A stretch of DNA of 63,872 nucleotides, counting the filler, from Blastocystis sp. subtype 4 (Eukaryota): the NCBI RefSeq assembly GCF_000743755.1. It is 8 parts of 8 records of this genome, joined end to end, with 100 filler letters (N's around TTAATTAATTAA, not from the genome) between each part and the next. Parts side by side here need not be neighbours in the genome. Positions count along the whole stretch, not along the records: positions 37,549 to 44,114 come from NW_014569122.1; positions 44,215 to 50,741 come from NW_014569121.1; positions 50,842 to 57,338 come from NW_014569120.1; 5 more parts are not named here. The stretch is one strand, 5' to 3'. The notes beneath the pieces are model-generated. The model made no database searches, was not told where the DNA came from, and worked only from the letters and a program-made list of their open reading frames with translations. Positions within the stretch are counted from its first letter, which is position 1; each line of letters begins with the position of its first letter. Shown here piece by piece: positions 37,549-51,002 of the stretch. The translations under genes were made by a program, and so were the position numbers.

Positions 37549-37943
37549 GCCTCTCTTCTCTTGGCAATCAGATCCGACTCCAACTACAACTCATTTCATT
37601 CATCCGCAAATCACCTGAGCATATTCCTTCTCATACATCTCACTGCGTTTCACCATCTCAGCACGCTTGGTCTTATCAGCAGCCACAATATCAGCGGCAA
37701 GCTTCTCAGCAGCAGCCTTCAACTCAGCATCACGACGCTGCTTCAGAATAACAGACTGGGGACTACCAAAACGTAAGAACAGTTCTCAATCCAATTTGGA
37801 TCAGCGGAACATGCCTTCAAAGAAATCAGAATACTCTGAGATCTCAATTCCTCTCAAAGGACTAGACACTGTCTATCCAGATGAAAGATTAATCAATAGA
37901 ATCCGTGACTTCAGTAGATCATAACCATCACCTACACAGGCAT
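37549..37943 (-). CDS. RPL7: 60S ribosomal protein L7 (uL30), 5' part truncated by gap
   Basis: MPV | 173-nt intron 37763-37935 | PQSVILKQRRDAELK...KRSEMYEKEYAQ | LESDLIAKRREA. Confidence 0.82.
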
Positions 37944-38136
37944 AATAACAAAAACAAAGTGTTGGTAGAAAGAAAAGTGAACCACAAATGAATCGAAACC
38001 CTAGGATTCTCATCTCTCTATTTATTTCCTGCTTGATTGCATCAACCCCTTTTCTATACATATCAACGAAAACAACAGTTCAAATGAATATCGAGTAACA
38101 AACAGAACCAATGGAACTTCACCATTGACAAAGTAG

Positions 38137-38784
38137 TTACATCACGCAGCAACAAGAACATGCTCTCTTGGTCTCGGCAGACTGAGCAGCCGGTGCTGTT
38201 GCAGGCTGAGGCATAGGCTGAGCCACAGGTTGGGCCACAGGCTGAGCAGTCGGTTGAGAAACTGGCTTTTCTGCAGGCTTGGCAGGCTCTGCAGTCTTTC
38301 CAGAGAAATACACAGTACAACACCCATGATTGGGAACATCATCATCGAAAACTAACTTCTCGGAGTTCAGAATTTCCAAGATGGCAGGCTTAATCTTTCT
38401 AACACCACCTTCACTATGGTTTCCAGCACCCCAAATAACTACGAGCGTTCCTTTTCTTCCAATCTTCTCAAAACGCTCCTTTACACGCTCAACAGCTTCC
38501 TCCACATACAATCCATGCAAATCAATCGTATACAAGTCATTACCCATATTATGAGCATTAAAGAAGGCCTCAGCGGCTTGACGGTTGAATTCCTCCATCT
38601 TTGCGCCGTGCTCCTTTCCCTCATCGGAAAGCTCCTTCGCCTTCCCCTTGTCACCTGATTCAAACTCCTTCTTAGATTTCTCAAAGCATTCTCCTCGAAG
38701 CTTTGCCTCCTCTCCAGCCTTATTTCTCAGCTCCTGAGCTTTATCCAAGGCCTTCTGCTTTTCGGGACTGATTGGTTGTTCCAT
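38137..38784 (-). CDS. DUF1771 + Smr-domain protein with C-terminal CaaX motif
   Basis: Intronless. AKELSDEGKEH..MEEFNRQAA, IDLHGLYVEEAV, VIWGAGNHSEGG..KIKPAI, NHGCC; P/A/Q-rich linker; ends CSCCCVM*. Confidence 0.88.
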   Translation of the reverse strand: MEQPISPEKQKALDKAQELRNKAGEEAKLRGECFEKSKKEFESGDKGKAKELSDEGKEHGAKMEEFNRQAAEAFFNAHNMGNDLYTIDLHGLYVEEAVERVKERFEKIGRKGTLVVIWGAGNHSEGGVRKIKPAILEILNSEKLVFDDDVPNHGCCTVYFSGKTAEPAKPAEKPVSQPTAQPVAQPVAQPMPQPATAPAAQSAETKRACSCCCVM

Positions 38785-38898
38785 GACTGTTCTTTTATGA
38801 ATGGAAAATGACAGAAAAAGAGCCAAATTTGTTTAGAATAAAAAGCATCGTATCTCCTTCTTCCTGCATTTGAAAGAGGTTCTTTCTAGGGTTCCAAC

Positions 38899-41800
38899 AT
38901 GTCAAGACCTGTAGAAGGTATCTTCACATTACGAAACGGTAATAATCCATGTAGAGAGTATGAAGTTCACACTGCAAAGCGTGAAGATATCTTCTTCTGT
39001 CCGCAAGAAGATGACTTCATCTACATATTTAGAAAATGCAAATCTGACATCCGTTTCATTGACTCCTTCATTCCGCAAATCGTAAGTATTGTGACTATTT
39101 GGATTTCATTTTTCATCGAATATGACTAATATGGTTTAGATCGTACTCAAATCAACCATATGGTGTTGTGCGGGATACTAATAGCTTGCGGTCTCTTGCA
39201 AATCATTTTCAATTGTATTTCAACCGTATGAACAAAGTGGGGTTTGTAGTTCGTGTTGATTTCTAGCTTCAAGAGGAATTCTTTGGGATCCAACAGCAGT
39301 TGGATAGCGAAGAGAAAAAAGTGAAGAATATTGGAGATTGTGAAGTGGAGTTAAGAATTTGTTTTAAGTCTGTACCTCAGGTATTAGAACTAGATAAATA
39401 CTATATAGGTGTTCTTTGATGCTGAATTTGATCTCTCGGACCCTGTTATGTTTAGTGTAGTTCTTGATCCCAATGAACACTTTAAGGTAGTTAATTATAA
39501 GGTATTCTTTATTTTTTGTAATTATCCTAGTTATCAGGTTATTTGGATCTGGTAGAGGTATGTTTAAATGAACAAATCTCTATTCAATCGGAATCCCTGT
39601 TTTCAGCAATTCGCCAACTTCAAGATTTTCAAATTCGAGTGAGTGAAACTCTTCAGATTATCCGGTCGTTGAAGTGATCGAACAGATTTCTCCTTATCTG
39701 TAGAGATGAAGTGAGGTCTGTGAAACAGAACCATACCATTCCTCCTTTGCTGATTCCTGTGTACTCAAGACGAATTAGCAATCTTAAGAAGGTTCAGCAG
39801 TTAGTAAGTATGCTTTTCCATGGTTATATGTAGACCAATCAGATTGCAAAAATTCGTAGTACTCTAGATCAAGCTCAAAAGTATTTGAATCGGTATGGAA
39901 GATGTCCTTTTCTAAACTCTAGTAATCAATATGAAGATAGTTACGCTTGCATCCAGAAGTGTAAATCCTATTTACGAGGTGATTTGGGAGGGATCAAAGC
40001 ACTTAGTGGGGTTGTGTCTGTACTGGATTCTACTCAAGATCTTCTATGTAAGAAACTGACCAACCACTTCGTCTCTTTGTGTTTGGATCTTGATGCAGGA
40101 TCGAAAGTCCAAAAGGAAACAGAAGAGAACGAAGCGGATGCAGATGATGAAGACGAGCAGAATACACAAGAAGGTCGAAATGGAAGTGAATTCTGATTGA
40201 TAGATACATTGGAACAACAGTTAACTCCAATCTTTTATGCATTACTAAGTCTGAAATGGCTTCTTCGAACACTTGATGTGTATAAGGAGAAGGCAGAAGA
40301 TCAACTTCAAGAGATAGTGAATAGTGTTAAGACAATCTGTTTGGGTCCTACTATGTGAATATGAATTGACTGATATAATGAATAGAGCATCCAATCCTAA
40401 TGGATTACAGCAGTTGTCTCATAAGGATTTCATCACTACGTTGGATGTGCTATGTGAACAGTTCCTAAGGACAGCAACTCGTTCTCGTCATGTCGTTGCT
40501 GTTTGTAATAATATCCTTGCTACTATCCCTACACGACAAGAAGGACAACAAAATGAACAAGATGAAGGTCTTTGGATCACCAATTCTGAACGTACAACGC
40601 TTCAACAGTACCTTCAAACCCTTCATACGTATACCTGGACCAAAATGCAACAACACATGGGTACATTGTTGGAAGCCCGATCGGAATTACATGCTCAGCT
40701 GCCTGTATCTGAATTACGCCAAGTGTGGGATCATTGTATGGACTTTGTTGGAGTTGCTGGACGAATTTATGGAACCAAAGGTAAGTTATTGTTAAGTACA
40801 CTGTTGCGACAAGCTCGAGATTCATTGGAATATATGCATAAGAATCAGTTGGTACATCTTCAGAGCCTCCTTCATGAAGAGTTATGGAAACCTGCTCTTG
40901 TTCCAAGTGCTCTTCAGAATGAGATTACCGGACTCTATGATAATCCTCGTGTAGGAGTTGAAAATTGTTATAACAAATAGACTGCAGGTCTATTTGTTCA
41001 AAACAATGGAGGTGATGTGATTAGTGCTCGTCCTCGATTGGTAATTGGATCGAATTCATTCTGTGTGACACATTCACTCCTTGAATTAGTGAAGATGTTA
41101 TTCAATTATCTCTTATATGCTCGTTGCTTCCAAGGTCTGGGTCCCGAAGTAATGCATCGTGTATTAGATTTGTTCAAAGTCTATAATACCTCATCTCGTA
41201 ATCTTGTTCTCAATGCTGGAGCCGTCTCTCAAGGCTTCTTAAAGCGAATCAGTGCTCGTCATATTGGTAAGGATATTCTTTCTTGTATTACTGAAAGCTC
41301 TTGTCACACAATGTTTAGGAGCCATTACAGAAATGGTAACACTTGTACAAACAGCTCTCATTATCTATCTTCCTCCTTCCCAGCATCGGATTCTAACAGA
41401 ACTCATGAAAGGCGTGTTAGTGATATATGAAGACCATCGAAAGCAACTCTTCCAGAAATTCCCTGAGATCATTCGTTCGGTTGCTGAAAAGGCTTGTACT
41501 GATATTGAAGTAGGTCTATTGGAGTGTCTCTTAGTGTCAGCATATTGATTGGAAAGAAGCTGTAGCTTCTCCATCTCCATATATGGATAATCTAATTAAG
41601 AAGATTGAAGTACTTCTCTCCCAGTTGAAGCCTATTCTTCCAGATGACCAGATTCAAACAATATTTGCCACTATTCTAACGGAGTTAACACTCTTCTTGA
41701 CAAATCGATTTGAAACACTTCAACCCCAAGATCTTCCTCTCTCTGCTCGTGAACGGTCAGTACTAGTGGTATGAATGAGAGATAGAATTGTTGCTGATGT

Positions 41801-42098
41801 GATGTGTCTTCTGGAGGTATTCCGACGAATTCCTGGTATCCCGGAGCGGGGATCAGCATTGGAGACTACATTCCATGATCGTTATCTCTATGACCAGAAG
41901 GTAGTCCCTGAGATTGGGAATGAGAAATCAATGGAAACACCTGGAAAGGTCGAACAGATGACGGAAGAGAACCAAGTGGAGAATGTGGAAAAGATAGAGC
42001 AGACGAAGGAAAGTGAGCAAATGGAAGTGAAAGTAACAGAATCATCTGAAAGTGAATTGCATTCGGAGACACCAACTGACAGTGTATCCAGTGTTTAG
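38899..42098 (+). CDS. VPS54: Vps54 (GARP tethering complex subunit), multi-exon
   Basis: VPQVFFDAEFDLSDP, LSGYLDLVEVCL..QI, H..QL..L..LL..ELWK, LVLNAGAVSQGFLKRISARHIALVTQCL. Confidence 0.85.
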
Positions 42099-42157
42099 TG
42101 GTTTTTTGTTTGTTTGGATGATTTGGTGTTCACTCTTTCCTTAAGCCACCACCGATT

Positions 42158-44114
42158 ATGGAAGTGATTAATCCAAATGGAGTCAAAGTCTACAATCTCT
42201 CTGCTGGAAAGACCTTTCCAAAAGTAAACCTCTCCTTGCTATTCTTAGCGTGTAGTTTCTTTCAGCGGCTCAACGAAGGAAATTAGCAAAGGACGATGGT
42301 AATTGATTCTATTCATTCATCTCATTCCTCAGACTATCGTACTCGCATCGAATTGATTCAGGATTTTGAGTTTAATCAGTCGTGTCAAAAGATCAAGGTA
42401 TCTAAAGATGGAAATTATATTATGACAAGTGGTAGGTGGTTAGTTGTATGTCTTTTATGGATAGGTGTGTATCCTCCGATGGTGAAGTGTTTTGATACAC
42501 AGCAGTTGAGTGAAAAGTTCAGACGTCATTTAGAATGTGAAATCGTCCAATTCCAGTTTCTCTCCGACGATTTTAGTAAGTTTGCGTTTCTCCTTGCCGA
42601 TCGAACTCTGGAATTCCATGCCCGTTATGGATTTCACTATCGCACTCGCATTCCCAAGTTTGGACGAGATATCACATATCATAAGGTATTGGTGAAGAGT
42701 TATTGTCAATATTAGGAGCGGTGTGAATTATTTGCTGTGGGTAGTAGTCCTGAGATTTATCGTCTGGATCTGGAACAAGGTACATTTATGGCTTCCATTC
42801 CTGCCCACTGTTCAGAGTTGAATAAAGTGGTGTTGGCTCCTGTCCATCAAATGTTGACTGTAGCCAATATAAAGGGAGAGATTGAGTGCTACGACAGTCG
42901 TACTCGTGATTGTTTGCAATGTGTGAAGATTTTTGATAGCGAGGCACGGGACCTTCGATTCAGTGCTGATGGAATGCAGCTGGCGATTGGTAGTGATAAC
43001 GGTCAAGTGAAGGTGTTCGATATTCGAAACAATCGTCCCTTCCTGGAACTGGATCATGTCTATGAGACACCCATCACTAGTCTGAAGTTCACTGGTGAAT
43101 ACCTGCTAACATCAGATCATCGTACAATTAAAGTCAGCAATGTGAAAGTACTGTAGATGAGATGGATTGATGTGTAGACTAGTGAGTGTCTGTGTAACAT
43201 TGAACCAGAAACACCTATCAATCATATGAATGTAGTGAAAGAGAGTGGAGTTGTGTTTGTGGCTGCTGAACAACCTCGGATTCTGAGCTATTTCATTCCT
43301 GCTCTGGGACCTGCTCCATCATGGTGTTCATTCCTCGATAATTTGGCTGAAGAGCTGGAGGAGGAGAAGGCTGGTGTTTATGATGATTATCGATTTGTAA
43401 GAGTGCTGGATATCTGTGAGAATAGGTTACTCGTAAAGAATTAGCTGAGTTAGGATTGGAGAATCTGATAGGTAGTGATATGTTGAAGGCCTACATGCAT
43501 GGTTACTTTGTGGACAATAAGCTGTATCAGCGAGCCAAATCAGTGGCCAATCCTTCATTGTATGAAGATTATAAGAAGGAGAAGGCTCGGAAGAAGGAGA
43601 AAGAACGCAAAGAGAAACGAATCACACTCAATACTAAGAAGCCGAAGGTGAATGCAGAGTTGGCCGAACGTTGGGAACGTGATGGAAAGGTAGAGAATGA
43701 AAATGAGAATGAGGAATAGAAGACAGAAGAGATGGATGATCGATTCAGTCAGTTGTTCAAAAATGAAGACTTTGCCATTGACCAGAATTCAGAGGATTTC
43801 CGTCGAGCATATGCTTCAGGTCTGGGGAAGAAGGCTGGAGATTCTTCTCAGATTGATAGTGAGGAAAGTGAGGAAGTGTTCCAAGAGGACTTTGATCTGT
43901 TGAATGAGGAGGAAGAACAGTCAGAGGAAGAGAAAGGTCCATATGTAGGAAGGAGTGGAAAGAAGGAGCGTGCTGAGAAGGAGCGAATCAAACCAAAGAA
44001 GAATGTTCGATTCTATGGTGTGAAGGAGGACAGCAAGGTTACGATTCCTACAACGAAGGGTGAGATGAAGAAGGAAGTGGAGAAGAGAAGAGAGAAACGG
44101 ATGCTATCTCTTGG
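42158..44114 (+). CDS. NOL10: nucleolar protein 10 / Enp2 (WD40), 3' end truncated by gap
   Basis: NGVKVYNLSAGK, RIELIQDFEF, GVYPP, TRIPKFGRD, YFIPALGPAPSWCSFLDNL.EELEE, AYMHGYF, DDRFSQLF.NEDFAID. Confidence 0.95.
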
Positions 44115-44214
44115 NNNNNNNNNNNNNNNNNNNNNNNNNNNNNNNNNNNNNNNNNNNNTTAATTAATTAANNNNNNNNNNNNNNNNNNNNNNNNNNNNNN
44201 NNNNNNNNNNNNNN

Positions 44215-44479
44215 ACCTTTTCCACTCTCTGTATTTCAATATCGAAAATCATTCATACACATTGCAGTGAATCAATACGAGAAGATGTTGCTGTAATCTG
44301 AGCTTCCACTTGAGCAAACAACTGACCTGCTGCTTCTTCCAACATAGAAAATGATACAATCATATCTTTCAATGTTTCTTTATTCCATTCTGTTGTTTTC
44401 AATACTAAACATCAATTCCTAATGAACATCCTATACAAGGAATTGTAGCAATCTGATTTCCTTCAAATGATTTATTCAT
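44215..44479 (-). CDS. N-terminal fragment of a WASH/SCAR-like actin nucleation-promoting factor, truncated by gap
   Basis: Spliced reading ...ETLKDMIVSFSMLEEAAGQLFAQVEAQITATSSRIDSLQ resembles the N-terminal helical domain of WASH/WAVE. Confidence 0.4.
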
Positions 44480-44677
44480 CTCACTAAAACGCAATTAATG
44501 ATTTGAAAAACCAGATTAAACAACTCTATGTCTGTCAAATCCGAAATCAATCAAACCGGGGATTTGACACATCTCATTATCACTTCAATCTTTTGGTATT
44601 CAAACATAATAATAGGAACAGAACATTTCTTGTTGAATCGAAATATCAAATTCTTAAGAATTGTGAATCCTTCGATC

Positions 44678-44685
44678 AACAAACA
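44678..44685 (-). terminator. TGTTTGTT polyadenylation-positioning motif
   Basis: Starts 5 nt after minus-strand T at 44690, the first base of an in-frame TGC codon. Confidence 0.75.
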
Positions 44686-44689
44686 GAGC

Positions 44690-47600
44690 AAAAGAACGAA
44701 CTATTTGACTTCAGAAACTGAATTACTTCGATTGGTATTACTTCTCCATAGGCATTTAAAAACAATAGACTGCTTTCGATGACTCTTCGTGAGAGTTCAC
44801 TCCGTTTTGTCTTTCCTTCTTGAAGTTCCTTCACAAGCGCCTTATCACTCAGTATTCCTTTCAAATCATCCATCATCTTCTTTGCAACCACTTGTTCAAA
44901 TCCACCCAACTCCTTATTCAATTCCTCTCGATTACAAGCTAATAGAGCCAAGATCGATTCATACAGAGCCAATGTATCGAGAGCAAGAAGATCATTCTGA
45001 GTATCCTCCAGTAGAATGAGTGATAGATTGATAGAAGCTCGGACAAATCCTACCACTTCCTCTCGGATCCCTCGAATAACTCGTACTGTTTGAATCAACG
45101 TCAAAACAAACAGAAACATGGACCGAAGAATCGATCGCAGATTGTTCTTCTGACCATCAGTCAGTTTTGAAGGAGCCACTGCATATCCAGCAGGACTATC
45201 CAATAGGAGGAGTGGTGAATGCGATAGGACTGAGAGAACTGAATTACTGAGGAGAATTGAAGCTCCACCTGGATCAGCAGCCATTGCAAACAACACCTGG
45301 GATATGCACAACACTCTGAAGATCATTATCATTCCATATACCTTACACTTCACGCTGATCTCGAGCCAGAGATGAATCCTCAAGGATACTCGAATCCACA
45401 TAACTGAATACTTGAAGCAAACCCTATGTCTTATCCTCTTTCTTCACTCCTACTCGAATCACATCTCTCTCCACTAACAGGAGTTGTAGTGTTTCATCTC
45501 CCACACTACTCTGAAGAAGAAGGTTCAATAAACTCAAAGCTGCAGTACGTCCCTGGAGATTCGTCAGTAATGTGTCTTGAGCTAATGAAGGAACCAGAAG
45601 AGGCAATGCAGCCTGAAGTGGTTGAAGAAGGAGATCAAATGTGTTTTGTTGAATAGTCAGTCTGGATATCAGAGAAAGCAAGAATGAATACGTGAGGAAA
45701 GAAAGGAGAGAGAGATACAGCTGGCATCGTAACCAACAACTCTTCTCTTCTTGTCGCTGCTGAACCACAGGAGATAGGACTGATTCCAACAAACTCGTCA
45801 GTACTGACTGTTGTGTGAAAGCTGCCATTGGTAATGCCACTTGGCCTCGTAGGAATACAAAGAGATCAAGTAACAAAGCGCTGAGATAGGAGAGATAAGG
45901 CCGATCAAATGACCTCACAGAAGTCATCAAGGATAAAAGAGCTTGAGATACAGCCACATGCAGATCTGTAGGTGAGGTAGCAAACCGAGGTAGAAGTAAA
46001 ATAGTCTCATAATTCTCAATCAGATGAAGATGAAGTAAACGACATCCAGAAGCGAAGGCTAATGATTTCATCGCTTCAATCTCCATTAACAGATTCCACT
46101 ATTCATCATTCTTTCTCTCATGCTCTACTTGACGTGCCCAACTCGTACCTTCCATTGCAAAGAATTCAGCTTGTTGAAGATTAGCTCCACTCTTCTGGGC
46201 ATTCTGAAGGATATTCTTTGCAAGTTGCTGGAGATCTAACTGTTGGTAACTAGTATCACCCACCTGACGCTGAATCCAACAACCGGTGGAACAGTCCTAT
46301 GGAGAAGAGAAGAGAAAACACAATACATTCAGATACCCAGGCATAGCATCAGGTTCAGTGAAATCTCGATCCATCAACTTCAAGGTATCTAGCAAGGGAG
46401 AGGTCTCTGGAGGAGGTTCAGAGACAAAGACACTCACCACAGAAGGATCATACTCCAGAGCTGCTTGGAGTTGGTTCCCAAGGAGTTGAAGTGAGAGACC
46501 AAACCGTTTCTGAAGATGGAGAAGAAGACAGAGAATACGCAACACATGGGCTGTGACATCCATTACACCTAACATCTCCTCTCTGCTCAACTGAAGATCA
46601 TTGGATAGAGGACTGGTATGAGCAACGAGTTGTTGGAGGAATGGAAGCGCTGAGAGGAAATGAGAGAAAGTTTGACGTTCCAGAAGTACAGAACACAATT
46701 CTGGTAAGAAAGTACGCTAGGAGTGAGAGAAAGAGATGAAACCAACATCATGATGACTACAGAGAAGGAAGAAGAGTCGAGTGATCTTACTGCCCAAGAC
46801 ACTATGAAGACTCACCAGAGCTGGAGAGTCGAGGAATGTTACTAATGTTCCTAACAAGCAGACAGATCCTGGAGCACGAATAGAGACGAGTGACTGAGGT
46901 AGAGCCAACAACACAGATACCACAGAAGGGAACTCAACTGAGGCATGAGCCACCAACAGATCTAGAAGCACACTACAGGCTTGTCGACGTAACTCTTGCT
47001 CAGATGATTCTTCCTTGTTCTTACCATCAGTAGAAAGATCCTGTTGTTGGAGGAAGAGCACAGATCTACAGAGTTCATTGCAAGCAGCTCGGATTGCCAT
47101 AGTCTCTTCAGGATATCCATCAAACAAGGACACAAGCAGATCTGAGTTCAACTGATCACTCAGACAACGTAACACTTGGAGAGTGATTAACTGAAGATTA
47201 GGCTCTAGGGAGTCTGTGATATGAATCAGGAGAGTCATTGCTATGTGACTATCAGCTAATAGCTGTGATGCAAGAGATGTGACAAGTGAGACAGTTCCAG
47301 GGAGTTGAGATCGGAGTGAAAGACGAGAGATGACTTCTGGAGTCACCTCCAAGAGTTGACAAACCAATGCAATAGCATCATAAATTGCTCTCACTTGGAA
47401 TGAGTAAGCATCAAAGAGAGCAAAATCAACAAGTACAGAACTGTCTGCAATTCCATCACTTGAGATTTGTTGCTTCAGAAGGGAGTGAGAAGGTGTGATG
47501 GAAGGAATAGAAAGGATTTGATGAAGTACTTCATTTCCACATAACAGTTCTCCAATCACACTCGCAAGTCGTTGCTGAAGATTGCGATCAGACTCAGACA

Positions 47601-49927
47601 ACACATCAATTGATAGTTCCTGGAAGAGAGGAAGGAATGAGGACAGAAACTGAAGACAAAGTGAAATCATGAGCCACTTCTCAGCAGGACGAGTAGGGAG
47701 ACATACTCGCTGTTCACAACGAAGAAATACATCTCGAATCACAAACTGAAGAAAGGTAGGGAAAGCATTACTAGCAAGTACCACTCGAGGAGAAAGAGAA
47801 TCAGTAATAGCAAGCAACAGTCTCAAGAAACTGCATGTCAACGGATAGGCTTCACTTCCTGTTTCAATGGTTTCCAATTCATATCGTAATCCAGAGGAAG
47901 TGTCAGTGGAGAGGATTCGACCATATTCCAGCTGTTGTAACAATAACTGGGCATAATGTGGATCTGATACAACGCATTCCAGTAACGAACAAATTCGTGC
48001 CTTCAGTACAATATGAACAGGCTGATGAAGCAAACGGATACACAGAGTAACAGTATTGACTTGAAGATTCGAACGAATACTGGAACAATCTGAGGCATGT
48101 CGAAGAACTGAAGATAACAAACCAAGAATAGCAATGAATCCAGTAACATCAGGATCCAGCAAACCTCGTTGAGCAGTATCAGTTTGCATCAATTGTTCTC
48201 CTTCATTGAGTGAGTTCAACATGAGAGTCCAACTGATATGTTCCGAAGGAGCCTTCTCAATGAATTGGTAAACAGCATCCGCTGAGGATTGAGAGGTATT
48301 AGCAATAGCTGCTAGCAAATTGAGATAGGGATTGAACAAATAGGGNNNNNNNNNATCATCGAACAGAAATAGGCAAGAGGACACTCTTCTACCGAACTTC
48401 CTGAAAGAGAGATTGTGATTCCAGGTAGCTGTTGAAGGAGATACTGAAGGAGATAGAGAAGAGTCTCAATCCCATCTTCCTTCTCTCGAAATGATTCAGA
48501 TTGAGTCTGTTCATAATAGGAGAATTGTTTGGATTTGAGAGTATGCCATTGTGATGATTGAATGAGCAGATAATGTTGAAGAGTCTTCAATAACAAGGAG
48601 TTGAGAATACGACAGTATATCTCATCTTCAAGATGATTATGAAGAGACACCAGATTATAGAACAGGATACTGAATACACCTTTTCGAAAGGACTATGAAT
48701 CAAGTATCAACGATACTCATACATGAAGGAGAAGTTTATGATACTCTCGAGATGATCGATTTCCATAGGTCAATCCATAGATTCCAAGAACCCATAATCC
48801 AATACATCCACTCTGTTCCAGTCTCTTATCAGAAATCAGTTTGATCAGATTCATCAACTCCGTATCCTTACATGGATTCATTCTATTACTCTCGGGTGTT
48901 CGCATCACACAACCTATCTGAACCAGATCCAATTGAGCAATGAGACAATACATTCCATCGATACGTGAAGGCTCATTCTTTCGAGTTCGATCCAAAGTCT
49001 TGTGATTTGAAAGAGCTATAGAAGTCAATTCAATCAGACGAATGAATTCTGATGAAGGTATCTATGGAGAACGAAAGAATTCATTGATACAAGTTGAAAA
49101 GAATAGTTGAAGAAGAGAGCACGAAGAACCATCGTAGCTTCAGAAACAATCACGGAGATGAAAGGAATTGGACACACATTGAGAACAGAGATACAATGTT
49201 TGGTTGTCTCCAGTAAGAGAGACATACAACCTTTCTCTCGAAGTGTCTTTGTGCATTGAGAAACGACCGAATAGAGAGAAGTCATTGTTGAACCTGTACT
49301 TGTCAACTCTGTCTCCAACTACACATAAGAACAATCAAAAAGAAATACTTCAATCAATTTTGTTATTGAGGAAAAGAGATAGAATCGTTCCAGATAATAA
49401 AGAGAAAGAGCAGCACTCACAAACGAATGCTTCATACTCTTCTGAACCTTTGCCATATAATAGGGAATCTTCGCACAAACTAGGAAATAGAACAAAGAAT
49501 TCAATTCGATCCTTTGTTCCTCACTTGCACTCTTCACTTCTCCTTCCTCTTTTTCTAGAATCCCATACAACCGCTTTTCATCATTTCTACATACAATCAA
49601 TCAACAATTAACAACTTCCTACGTCAATTGAGAACAAGAGCTTTTGCCTTTATTTAAGTTTGTCATTTCGCTAGATACAGACTCAATCTTCTGTTTCAAT
49701 TTCTCTCCAACCTCATCTGAATAGGTTCCCCTCTCCAAACAACGAACTAACGAAAACAATTCTTCATATCGATTGCAATACTTCTCAATATCAACTTTAG
49801 CAACCATTGGAGAGAGGAATTGTTTTGGTTCACGAAACAGAATCAAATCGTTAGAATTGGTCAAGAACCGTGGTTCCCGTCTCTCTTTGAAATCGATTTC
49901 TGTTGTCAATTCAGCTTCTATTGACAT
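44690..49927 (-). CDS. NUP205: nucleoporin Nup205/Nup192-like, multi-exon
   Basis: Large Leu-rich alpha-solenoid. GLRYELETIETGSEAYPLTCSFLRLL, FLQFVIRDVFLR..R..EKW and CWLRCQLYLSLLSFL match conserved Nup205 blocks. 5' boundary uncertain. Confidence 0.8.
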
Positions 49928-50299
49928 GGAAATAGATCGAAACTCTTTAAAATGGGAATACAAAGTGAATTTCGAATAGATTGTTAATATTGGTGAATCA
50001 ATATGAATGAAGAGTATTCGCTTCTATTCACTTCAGAACATGAATCCAATGATTTAAGATTCCATCTATCGGATATGATTCATTGATTCTTTTCAATCAC
50101 TTCTTTTCGTACCTCAAATGTTACCATTCATGTATTTGTAGTGAATGAGAAAATGAGATAAAAAGAGGAAAGAAGAGAAAGGGGTATAAATGAAATCAAG
50201 TATTTGAAGTAGGTGAATTGAGACAGATGATGATCAAGCAGTTTGAGTTTTGTCGTTCGCGTTTTCCAGAATTGTCCAAGGCATTCATTTGAACTAATC

Positions 50300-50741
50300 A
50301 TGGCTCCTCCTGCTCCTGCTGGTCCTGCAACTATTAGTAGGTGGATGTTCTGTTTTTGATGTTTTTGTGGTTCTTGGTTGTTATAAGGTTTGAATGGAAT
50401 CTAACGATTGATTAGTTTATCTGCGTGCTGTTGGTGGAGAAAGTGCTTCTCCTGCAACTCTGGCTCCTAAGGTCGGTCCTCTGGGAATGGTATAGGAAAC
50501 AGACAAGGAGATTGATTATTTAGGCTCCTAAGAAGGTTGGTGATGATATCCAGAAGGCCACTATGGATTGGAAAGGTCTGAAGATCACTGTGAAGCTGAC
50601 TGTGGTGAACCGTCAAGCTACTGTAATGTGTGAATTGATTGTAATAATATGTAGGTGGAAGTTGTTCCTAGTGCTTCTTCTCTGATCATTCGTGAGCTGA
50701 ACGAGCCCCCCAGAGATCGTAAGAAGGACAAGAACAGTAGA
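50300..50741 (+). CDS. RPL12: 60S ribosomal protein L12 (uL11), 5' part truncated by gap
   Basis: [75 protein letters not shown]. Confidence 0.95.
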
Positions 50742-50841
50742 NNNNNNNNNNNNNNNNNNNNNNNNNNNNNNNNNNNNNNNNNNNNTTAATTAATTAANNN
50801 NNNNNNNNNNNNNNNNNNNNNNNNNNNNNNNNNNNNNNNNN

Positions 50842-50962
50842 TGTTACCGATTTGAGCAAACGTCTTATTGCTGGTACAATTGTTCCTGGTAATGTCTACA
50901 AGTTAGCTGCAGAGAATGGAGTATTCACTTATACTCGAATGAATAAGTATACTCCTATGTAA
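50842..50962 (+). CDS. 3' end of a gene, possibly ClpB/Hsp100 family
   Basis: VTDLSKRLIAGTIVPGNVYKLAAENG resembles the ClpB C-terminal segment; TGTTTGTT follows at ~50985. Confidence 0.4.
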
Positions 50963-51002
50963 TTCATTTAGTTATATCATTATATGTTTGTTAATAAACA
51001 GA

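Noticed and set aside
37996..38004. AAACCCTAG telo-box-like element upstream of RPL7
   Set aside because: Single occurrence, not seen upstream of RPL12; could be chance.
42158..43720. Frequent in-frame stops in conserved genes suggesting stop-codon reassignment or pseudogenes
   Set aside because: The interruptions examined are explained by ~30-nt GT-AG introns that restore the conserved protein under the standard code.
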